A stretch of DNA of 64,000 nt, taken from assembly GCA_002633005.1 (NCBI GenBank), contig NMRA01000015.1, positions 1,347,439-1,411,438 on the forward strand, written 5' to 3'. The stretch's first letter is position 1. Each line of letters begins with the position of its first letter. The notes under the pieces are model-generated. The model was not told the DNA's origin. It searched no databases and saw nothing but the letters and a program-made list of their open reading frames with translations. Origin of the DNA: Phoronis australis (lineage: Eukaryota > Animalia > Phoronida). A program made the translations under genes and the position numbers. Positions 38,601-50,600 of the stretch are shown piece by piece.

Positions 38601-41600
38601 AAATATGAATTTTGTAAACAATACAGTTTGTCAACAAGTTTTCTGGCTTGTTATTGAGAGCAACTAAAGCATCAAGGAATGTGGAGAAGTAGTTCACTTG
38701 TGTAGTATGTCTTAAGGTATTGCCAAGTGTACTGCACTAGCTATTTAGCTATTTTGCCATTTGTCTGCTTTCAAGTGTTAGTTGTTCGATTAAAATACGT
38801 TTTTTGAAAAATCATTTGCTTTCATCTACCTACAGATTGGTGAAGAGACGGAATATTTGTCCGAGTTGATGGCCAAGATGCAGGAGACATACAGCCATGA
38901 CTCTGGAGACTTGTGGACGGTGTTCTGTCCCCAGAAAGGTACTGCTGGTTACTGAGTGGGGTTCACTGATGATTGAGTGTCAGTGACACTCTCGGAACTT
39001 GTTATTATCACTTGACACTTTGTTTTGTTTAGTTTATTTGTATTTAGATGTGCTGTTGAATTCAGTATTATTGAAATTAACACCTGTTCTGTTTGGTTGA
39101 TAATGACAACTTTAGCCATGACCTGTACTGTTAAATTCATCATCACACTCACTTGGTATGGTTTATGCTGTCTAACTCAGTGTTTTACCTTTGTATGATT
39201 GGCACTGCTCAGTTCAATAATTTCACTTCATGTTTTATCAATATAACATCCGCAGGTATGACATGTATTGCTAAGTTTAATAAATCAACTTCACGTGTTA
39301 TCAATATCACATCCTCAGGTATGATATGTATTGCTCAGTTCAAAGTTACATCCTGACATAAGATGTGCATTGCTCAGTTTAATATTACACTTGAGGCTAT
39401 GGTAACTGCGTTTTACACCATGTTATGTTTTACTCAGTGTAATATTACACCCTCAGGTATGATCTGCGCTGCTCAGTTTGATGACAACCAATGGTACCGT
39501 GCCCGTGTGGAACAAATGCCAGGACGTAAACAGATTGAGATCCAGTATGTGGACTATGGCAACACTCAGCTGATATCTCACTGGAGACTGAGGAAGATCC
39601 TGGATGTGTTCACTGTATTACCAACACAGGTAAAGGTCTTGATGTCGTGGTCTACCTCTCTTTGACTGTAGGTGAATAGGTGAGCTATGTAAACTGAGGG
39701 TTTCTTTGTTGGTCACTTACGGTAATACCTGTTGTATTTGAAATTGCTCCATTGTGATGGTCATTTGATACGCACTATTTGTATCCTCATCTTGTAATTT
39801 TTACTTGTTGCTGTGAGGTGACTTTATGAACTGGGGAAGTTAGTCTTCTGCTTCAATGAAAACTAAAGTGCCATGTCTTTTAACTGTTTATTTAATTTGC
39901 AGAAGGCACAGTTGTGTACTGTCAGTGTACAGGGTGAAAACATGATATGTTAAAAGTGACATGTGACCACTAGTAAAATCTGACTGAATTAACATAAATT
40001 GTTTGCCACTTTACTCACTAGATGTCTCCACCCTATTTTCCTGGTCATAAGTCTGTAAGTAAACTGCTGTTTCTCAATACCTGCAGGCTGTACAATGTCA
40101 GTTGGTTGATGTAGCATCACCAAGTTCTGTGTGGTCACCTGAGGTAAGTTGGATACACACTTACTGCAGCTTTCTGGCTTCACCATCAATGCACTTGCTA
40201 CTGATTAAACAACAAGTTTTAATTTGGGCCTCTTTTTGTTGTGCTGCCTACAACTTTACCATCAATGATTTAGCTACTAAAAAGTAGAAGTTATTGTAGG
40301 TATTTTTGGACATTCTTGCGTCTAGAATATAATTACAATATTGCTTGCCACCTAACTCAGTAAATCAGGTGAACCAAAAGGGAGATACCTCTGCCCTCTA
40401 TTGTCAAATTACAAAGCCGCGAAGGACATTAGAATTGTTGATACAGTTGCTATAAGGTGACTCTTGGTTTTTCAGTGTGTTTCCTTCTTCAATCAGACCG
40501 TTAGCTCCAAGAAGTTGTATGCCCGAGTGGTCGATGTAGACAATGACTGTCTCTCAGTTGTGTTGTATGACACGTCAACTAGCCGAGATCTGTGTATCAA
40601 TGGTCTGATGGTGTCAGAAGGTCACGCAATCAGTACGGGAGATAGGTATGTTGAGGTCACGNTGACACGTCAACCAGCCAGAATCTGTGTATCAATGGTC
40701 TGATGGTGTCTGAAGGTCACGCAATCAGTACAGGAGATAGGTATGTTGAGGTCACATGACACGTCAACCAGCCAGAATCTGTGTATCAATGGTCTGATGG
40801 TGTCTGAAGGTCACGCAATCAGTACGGGAGATAGGTATGTTGAGGTCACATGACACGTCAACCAGCCAAGATCTGTGTATCAATGGTCTGATGGTGTCTG
40901 AAGGTCACGCAATCAGTACGGGAGATAGGTATGTTGAGGTCACGTGACACGTCAACCAGCTAAAATCTGTTTATGAATGGTATGAATGTGTCTGAATGTG
41001 TCTGAAGGTCAGGCGATCAGTATAGGAGATAGGTATGTTGAGGTCACATGACACTTCAACCAGCCGAGATCAATGGACTGATGTTGTATATGGCTATTTA
41101 GAGTTTGTACGCAGGGCACGGGAGAATGTGTAAATGATGCACGTCAGCAGGTGAGAATTCAAAATTGTAATCTCAGATGTCATGTGACACTGGTGTAACT
41201 GAAGTGATCCTTGCCTATAGTCTCCCGTACAATCAGGTATCCTTGGTAGTATAATTGCTCGACTGTTTCTGTTGGTCATGCCTTCTCCACTGGGGATAGA
41301 TACCACTTTTATGTTCCATGACATACCAATTTGCTAAGACTTGTGTGTAACTCATCTGAAGATGTCCACTGGTCATCAGTAATGTAGGATGACACTGCAG
41401 ACGTGCGATAAAATTAGAATGTTTTCCTCAAACTACTTAATCTACAACCATACTAAAGCTGTAGTCCAATGTTTCCTTTGTCCATATTGGGGCAATAGTC
41501 GGGTATTACATGCCCACAATTTGAGAACCAGTTTGATGGCCGTTGTTCAGTGGAGAAAACTGGTTCACAAAATGTGGTTATGTTATATCAGCCTATTACC

Positions 41601-44600
41601 AGTATTGGTAAAATATCAATTTTGTCTAATTGTCACAACAATGGTACGGTTCTTTTATTCTAGGTCATTAGTTACTCAGATGGACTTACATTTGCCAAGA
41701 ATTGTGGAATCTAGTCAGTCAGTGTATGAGGATCAGGATGAGGTTGGTAACTTATTGTTAGTTTTGATTAATTACGCCTGTAGTCCATGAGGTTTCATTT
41801 ATTTATGTTTCTAAACATTCTGTACAATTATGTGTATAACATCACATGAGTTTAGAACAGTGCTGTAGTGGGGCGTAGGCGCACGTAGGCTCAGCCAACC
41901 ACCTTTTGGCATTTGAATGTAGCGCCAACCACCTTTTGGCATTTGAACGTAGTGCCTACTCAACGTAAGTTACGTTCAGTGCTCAAGGTGATTCAGTGGG
42001 CTCTGAGCACCTACTTACCTCTAATTTTACCACTACAGCACTGGTTTAGAATGAGAGTTTTATTCTATTTGAAATAATCTGTAACTTCTGATTCTTATAA
42101 TTGAAATTGATGAAGGTATTCCCCAGTATAATTCTCAATAATGTTAAGTTTGTGTCTCTACATGGTGTGTTTGTAGTACATTGGGGATGTCGTGCAAGTG
42201 TTGTCCCCGTCACATGCCAACTGTATTCCCACGCCATCTGCCACTCCCAGGTCAGAGGTTGTGTCTGAAGACCCTGCTCACCTGCAGGTTGCTGTCACGG
42301 TGACTCAGGCCACGTCACCAACGGACTTCTATCTGCAGCTGGTCAGTGCTGGAGAGGAGGGGCTTGACAGGTAAGTGGGTGGAGCTAGAGCAATTTGATT
42401 GTGCACTTGAATAGAAAGTGGGTTGGACTTAAAATTGTGATGCACAGCTTAACTGCTCTGTTGATGGATAACTAAGTTGTTACCAATATGAATGAATATT
42501 GTTGTGGAGATGTCAAGTTGTTGCTATGATGTTTGTGTTCTGTAGATTGATGGAAGATCTACAGTTGGCTTACTCTGGTGAGAGTATGACTTGTGTTGAT
42601 GTGAGTGACTTGACTGTTGAAGACTTCTGTGCTGTTGAGTATAGTGAAGACAAGAGATGGTACAGAGGTCTGGTGAAGGAAGTAGACAGTGGCACAGCCA
42701 AGGTACTACCATGGTAACACAGCTTGAGGGTCTAATGCACTGGCGCGGGGGCTTGGTCGATCATATTAATTGTTAATCACTGAAGGTTTTACTTTCATTC
42801 ATCTCCTTATTGCTTGTGTATGTTTGTGTCATCCTTTTTTGAAGAGACTGCTTAAAACGTATTAAGTAAAGTTAGTTTTGTTAGCCAGCACATGTAAGAG
42901 AGTGTTGATCTTGTTGGATGATAGACATTATCTATGAGCATTTGAACAAGTAATTACTGAAGAGAGATTACCGTAATTATTTCTTCATGATGTAGATTAA
43001 GTTGTTTTTGTATTATGCTTACTTCAAATCTCTGATGGTGGTTTGGCACAGGTGTTGTTGTGCGACTACGGCTACCTCCAGCAGATGGAGCTAGCTAAAC
43101 TGCAGCCTCTGCTGGACCAGTTCCACATGCCCTCATCATTTGCCATACACTGCCACCTAGCGGGCATTACTGCGGCTGGATCATCTGTCAACAAGTGGTC
43201 CTGCACTGCCTGTGAGCTGTTCAGCGAAACCATTGACGGCCAGAAAATATTTCTCGTCAGAAAGGTAGTCACGCAGTTCAGTAGGATTTGTTGGAATTTG
43301 TTGCCTATGTTATGTCCTGTTTTGAAAGATGCCTCTTCATGGTTGACAGTGTCAATGTTTTGGGACATCTGTCGTCTTGAATATTTTTTAAGGCATCTTA
43401 TAATAACATTTTGTGTATATTGACATAAGACTTAGAGTTCTCTTTAAAAGTTTTGCTAGGTTTATACTATTAAACTTGGAAGCAATTAAATTTTCAGTTT
43501 TGAAAATTTCTTTCTCAATGTATCGCTACAGGGAGACATAGATGGCGACTCACTTCCATGTGAGTTGATGATTGAGAGGTTATGTCTAGGTACGGCCCTG
43601 GAACTAGCTACAGTGGAACTTGTGTGTGTCAGTAAACTGTTGGTAGAGGCGGGTCTAGCACTCCCTGTGCGCAGGTGAGAGGTAACTGGGTGTGTCTGTT
43701 CACTGTTCTAGGCACATCTGTATTCAGTATGTACAAGAGGAATCTTGTCAAGTTTAACTACTTTGTTCATCAGTCAGTATATCAGATGTTTGTAGGTTTT
43801 TTACCGGTATGTTTGAAAACAATGTGACTATCTGTGTATCTCATGGGAATAAGCTGGTTCTGTGCATAAACGTTGATATCCAGCTATGATCACCATGTAC
43901 TGTTATCCTAGCCATGTCCACAGTGTGTCGCTGCTACTCTCACCGTGTACTGTCATCCCAGCTATGTCCACAGTGTGTCGCTGCTTACTCTCATATAGTA
44001 CTGTTATCTTCCAGTCGTCCTAGCTCAAACTGTTCCACACCACGGCCAACATCCAGTGCCTCACTAACCAGTCTGCCTGTACCAAGCTCTCCATCCACTA
44101 AAACCCCTTCAAGTGAAGCCTGTGTCTCTGGCCAGCGTTTTGCTGCTGAGCACTCTGGTACTCCCATAACTGCTGTCAACACTGATGAGTATGAAGCCAT
44201 TCCTGCACCACAGAGCAGTGTGACGTCCACAATGTGCACTTCACCTATTGCTACCACACACAGTCATATGGCAGAGGCAGGTTGCAGCACTAGTCCTTTG
44301 TCACCTGACCTGGACAGTGCTATCGTTGGAGACCAACAGATGGTGCCAGCGTTGAACAAGAACAACTCTAATAATGCTTCAGGCATTTATGATGTGAGTA
44401 GTGTTCTCAGTAGAATGAGGTCTTCTGTACTTTTCTTGTCATGTCATATTTTGTGAGTCGTCTGCATTAGTGTCTCTAATTTGGCGGAGAGAATCGTATG
44501 CCAACGATCCCCACAGAACTAGAAAAAGTGCAACCCTCAAGTAAAATGGTGGAATCGGCAAAAAGAATAAACACAGTAGGGAAGTTTACAGGCTGTTGTT

Positions 44601-47600
44601 CTAGTCACAAGACCTTGTGATATTCAGCAAGACCTTGTGATATTCAGCAAGACCTTGTGATATTCAGCAAGACCTTCTGATATTCTGCAAGACCTTGTGA
44701 TATTCAGCAAGACCTTGGTCAACAATAATGTGTACACTGTGGCTTCATCTTGTGCACTGTGAATTTTATTTCCATCACGTGAAACTTGCTGCTGAGAAAT
44801 GATATGTGGCTGTGAAATGTATATTAATTCCTTGAACTTTATATATTTAGGATTGGCTTCTTGAGGACCCTCTCAGGCCTGAAATGATCTCGTTCCCATC
44901 ATATGAAAGGCCTTGCCAGGCCTCATTTCCTATTGTTGCTACATATGTCAGCCGAGACTGTGTTATCTACTTACAGGAATACAAGGAGAGTAAGTTTACC
45001 TTAACTTGAAAATTTTCCTGTGCATTTGTTAATTTTTGAGCTGCCATTTAGTCCGAACTTTTTGGCGTAGTTGGAATCCTATCGGAAATACTTCTAATTC
45101 GTCTAGCAAATTACTGTTGTGGCGTTAAACTCTGTTATTGGGTCATTGATAGGACTAAGATAGGAAATCTTGGTTAATCTGAACTCGGTTAGTAGGTCTT
45201 ATATAAGTTGACTGAATCTGAATGCATGCTGTATTTACGTTAGATCACCCCCTGTTGGGCATTATGGAGAAGTTACAAGTGATGTACAGGAGAAGTGGAG
45301 CACAGGACGAGACACTGTTCAGGCAAAAAGGAATGGCGTGTGTGGCGCAGTATAGTGAAGATGGGCTGTGGTACAGGGCTACTGTACTGAGTGTACACGA
45401 TGAATTGGGGGCTGAGGTAGGCTGACTGAAGGGTGAGGGGTGTGATTGAGGTAGGCAGACTGAAGTGGGCTGACTGAGGTGGACTGACTTAGGTGGGCTG
45501 ACTGAAGTGGGGTGACNCAGGGGTGGGGTGACTGAGGTGAGGTTGACTGAGGTAAGGGTATGAGAGAGGTGTCCAGGACCTCTGTACTGACTGTTCATGA
45601 TGAACTGGGGGCTGAGGTAGACGTGACCGAGGTGGGAGTGACTAAGGTGGGTGAGTTGGATGTACAGAACGACTACTTAGTGTAGAGGATGGTCTGGGAG
45701 CAGTGAAAGGGGATAGTGTGATAGGGAGAGGAGAGACCCACTGTGTGGGGTGGTCTGCAAGTTCAGGTGGAGGTGTTACTTAGGTTGTAAATCAAATAGT
45801 CACTTTAGCACTTGATTTCAAGTAGTTTCTGATAAGGTAAAGTTGTGACACAATATTTCTCTTGAAAAATAATTTTGTCTAACATGGTATAGTGTAGATT
45901 ACTAGTTTCTCTAACTTGTTGCCATGCTACCTTGTGTTTGATATTCTCCTTCATTCCAGGTCCAGTTTGTCGACTATGGCAATTCTGAATTTGTTTCCTT
46001 CTCCTGTCTCCGCTGCTTGCCGTGTGACTCCGAGCTGATAGGGATTCCCCAACAGTGCTACCCCTGTATCCTGCACGGGGTGCGCCCTTCTGGTACAGAT
46101 GGCTCTTGGACTGCCAGTGTCATTGACTGTCTCACCAAGCTACTGCTGTCACAGGCCAGTGTTGTGGAGATCAAAGTATGTTATAGGCCTGCTGGTCTTG
46201 AGATGCTGGTGGAAAATACGTCAGCATCGTAGTAATATAGTCTGTGGTTGCGTAATTTTGTTGCATTCACGAATTATGTGTGTTCGTTATTGGCCAGTCT
46301 CAGGGACACAGGTCTGTACATTTTCTAAGCTTTTTCAGATATTTGAATGTCTTAACACTAAAGCTGATCAAATGTTCTGTACATTTTGTTCTCATTTATA
46401 TATGATTTTTGTTAAAATTTACATTTTATATATGTCCTTGAGACTGGTTGATTTTAAGTATGTTAAACTTGACCGCTTGACTTTTCCAAACGGTTTTTGA
46501 ATGACTGTGATATTGGATTATTTGCATTGTTTTTAAACCCCGCGTAGTGCCAGTTTTGATAATCATGGTTTTTGTTCATGTTTTGGGAAAGAAAGCTTTC
46601 TTATAGTTAATGCTGCTAGCTGGCATTTCTTATTACACAGGGTGGCACCACTGCATGGGACACGGAGATTCACTGTCGCTTACACGATACATTTCAGATT
46701 GAAGTTTAGGACTTCAGCAGATTTGCACTGCGTGGGAGTTAACAAAAAAATATTGTCTCTTAATTAGTAAATTTTAATGCAAACCAGATACATCGAAACT
46801 TATTCCCAAATGGTGCTCTGTTAACGTGACTCCTTCCAAGTTAACAGAATTTGACAAAGAATTTTCAAGTTTGATCTTCAGAATTTGTACATGCCACAGT
46901 TGGAATGAACTTTGTCTTGGAAAATTAATAATAAAAGATTGGAAATACACGAAGGTGTGTGATTTACGAAATGTTCTTATTTGAGTGATATCATTTGATT
47001 GATAACGCTAATTCTGTGTTCAGAACTGGTGAAACTAAAGCTAAGAGTGCCTTTAAATTCTATTTTTCATGTAGCTTGATGTATGCTACTGTGGCAGTAC
47101 ACATGGTGTCAGTTGGTGTTCACATGACCAAGACTACCAGTTTGCCTGTTTCAGGATATTCTCCCAGACTGCCTGTCGGTGTCTATCACGCTGTCAGATA
47201 ACCGCACAGTGACCGAGGTGTTGACCTACCTAGGTGCTGTGGAGGCTGTTGACAGCTACATACTACGAAGTTATAAGCCACCTGTCATTCAGAAGAGGGA
47301 CAAACCCTTCAGGGCTCTGGTTACTCATGTGGAGACACCGAATAAGGTGAGTAATGCTACTCTAGGCTGATAAATAAGATGCTGTCACACTACTTGTATT
47401 AAGGTTTGACAGTAAAGGAATTGCAAAACTCTTCTCAAAATTGCAGACAATTTAATTGATGGTAGAGGACAGTGACAAATACGGCAACATCCAAACAAAC
47501 ATAGTTCAGAGAACATCAAAAATTTCGCATTTTAAGCCTGCATTCATTGACTAAAGCCAATTCGTCACAGTGCGATGATGCCTTAATTTACTTAGTTTTC

Positions 47601-50600
47601 TGTCAAATGCATGTTGAATGGTGAAATCCATCAGTGTAGAAAGTCTTCGACATTTGTCTTTGATTTCTAAGGTTGTTGTTACCCTAAAAACACATCTAAA
47701 TCAGGTTTTTTTTGTATATTGTACATTAGAACTGGCTGATCAAATTTAAGTTAAACTTACAGATGCCATGGTTTATGCAATCGTCTCCAAAAAGCACTGT
47801 TTGAATTGTGTTTTAAATGTTTAACATTTGCATAAGGTGCTTTTGAAAACTGGGCCGGATATAACGTGCTCGAATTTTGAGATCCAGTTTTCTCCACTGA
47901 ATGACGGGCATCACACAATTTCTCACAATACGGCATGTTATGTTCAACTATTACCGAAAATTGCAGTTATACAGAATAGCAGATTGGTGAACTCCTAAGT
48001 AGATTCTTACTGGGTTAGGTTCTTGATTTTTTTAGATATTTACCTAAATGTGCACACTTTTTGATACGGTTAGTTGTAACATTAAGAAAGATTCATTAAG
48101 CCTGTGCCAGTTAATACATTTTCTAATGATCTGTTGCCATGACTTTCAGCTGTTTGTCCAGTATTGTAAGTGTGAGACCAGTAAAGACCCGTTGATTCAG
48201 GCGGCCACTCAGCAGGTGATTGAGATGGACAGACTCCAGGCCAGCCTGATGAACGAGGCAGACACTCTCCCCATGGTTTCACAATTCTTCAGTGGTCAGT
48301 TGGGTTTTGAATTTATGAATATTTGGTCGTTAAGGATTTGGTTCCATTGTGAGATGCCAAAAGTGCTGTACTTGCACCACTGTGTTAGTACAAAAAGTGT
48401 GTATGTCTCACTAAATCTGGGAATATGGTTAATTAGCCTTGGTTTACAAATTTCTCGACAATTTTTGATGTTTTTGGAGCTATTTCTTGAAGATTCTTTT
48501 GCCTCAAAATCACTCTATGAATGGCTTGGTGTGTTTAATGAAATCAGACGAAAGCTTAAATTCAGAAATTAAATTTGTTTACAACTGAAAGCCAAAAGAC
48601 AGAAATCTGTAGCCTGCTGGGAAACGGACTAAAACCGAAAGTCGAAAGACAAAAAATCAATTTTTGGCTTCAAACTCTTTGAACCTCCAAAAGTCAAATG
48701 TGCTGTCTACATGTAAATAAATGGGAAAGTGTTGCAAACATGGATTGATGTCAAAATTATTTTTACCATAATTTGAATTCTCCTTTCTAAAGAAGTCAAT
48801 ATCTTGCACGTTGTGTTGTTCCCTGCAGGCCAGGCGTGCTGTGCTCTGTATGCATTTGACAACAGCTGGCATCGGGCTGAGATAGCTGTAGTCTGCCCAA
48901 ATCCAGACATTGTCTTGGTGGTATACGTCGACTACGGTACTACAGAGTACATAGCAATCAGCTCTGGCAGGTGAGAATACTTTTCAAAACTCCGTCTGGA
49001 TTGTGTCCCTTGAAGTTGTAAACCCCTTAACTTTGGCAATAATCGGATCTTACATCTGGTCTCAGTTGATGTTGCAATGGTATCCAGTTCATAGAATGTT
49101 GGCTTTAGCAGGTTTTTGTCTTGAAGAAATACTTCAATGAATTATGTGAATGCACACACAGGAATGATTGTTGGAAATGTTTCGCGATCTGTATTTCCAC
49201 ACGGGTTCAAGATTTCTATATTTAATCTAAAGTATTATGAAAAACCCCAAAAGGAACCAATGGTTGATTGGGTACATTTTAGCTAAAGGTCGGTTTTCTC
49301 TTGGATTACATTATTAAAGTAAAATCTGTTGTGTGCTCACAGAATCCGTGAGATACCAGAACAGTACACCAGGTTACCAGCTCAAGCTATGGAGTTTCAC
49401 ATACGCCATCTGGTGCCAGTGGGTGAACAATGGACGAATGAAGCCACGGACATTATGCTGGATATACTGAATGATAAAGTGGTCACCATTATAGTCAAGG
49501 TCAGTGTCCTATAGTCAAGGTCAATGTCTTATAGTCAAGGTTACTGTTATTTAGTCAAGGTCAATGTCGTATTATCAAGGCTAGTGTTGTAAAGCCAAGG
49601 TCAGTGTTGTATAGTCAAGGTCAGTGTTGTATAGTCAAGGTCAGTGTTGAAAAGTCAACTTAGGTAAGTATTGTATAGTCTTTTTCTTCGGAATTCAACA
49701 AGCAATGGAAGTACCGATCCTTATATGTTGGCGCATGTTAGTGAATAAATTTGAACGGTACATAACCAAAGTCGCTGTTGTATAGTCACTACTACAAACA
49801 TTGCTGAAAATATATCATGACAAATTTCTAAGATACTTAGTGAAGGCAAAATTTTCGTGGTGATGTCATCCTGTTGTCTGCTTACACTGACCTCATATCT
49901 TGCTGAAATTTTTTGCATCATTGCAGAACGACAGTGCTCCCTACTCCATAGCCCTGTATGAGCCCGCTGACTGTAATCCAACACTTTTAGTGCCAGCCTA
50001 TCAACCACTTGTGGACTGTGGACTTGCCAAAGTAGTCACCAGGTAATGACAAGTTTATCTTATCTTCCGTCACTTTGTACTAGATTTACCCTTCGTCAAC
50101 TCATTCCTTGTCAAGGGCATAGGTTTATATTGGGAAGTTTACCCAAAGTGTATTCTTGGAACTGTTGTTTTGCTATCCTTGTACCTTTTTTGCTAAATTT
50201 TACCAAGACATGGTTCACGTGACCCAATTAGTAATAGATTGGTAAAGAGTCTGGAGTCAATTCTACATGCTGTCTACTAACAGAAAATATATACTTTTAC
50301 TGTCAGAGTTAAATAGTTTTGTAGATATTTGGCTAAAAACACAAACCCATCAGTAAGGTCCTACAATAACCAAAGTTTTTGGGTTTCAGTATTTGCATGT
50401 ATATAGCGTTATGTTCTGTGACGAGTGAGTAGAAAATGTAAAATAGGCTAAAAATGTGTTGATTGAAATCAGTGATGATGGTTAAAGGCGAGAGCAACCT
50501 GTTTTCATGTCATTTTTAGCAAAAATAAGGTTCGTTTGTTATCCCAGACATATTTTCCACTTAATTACAGCTCTTTGTAATTTTATTAATTATTTGTTCT

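Noticed and set aside
44608-44717. Regular short repeats as a CRISPR array
   Set aside because: Head-to-tail units with no unique spacers, in a eukaryotic intron, with no cas genes. The same applies to 49491-49660 and 40568-41085.
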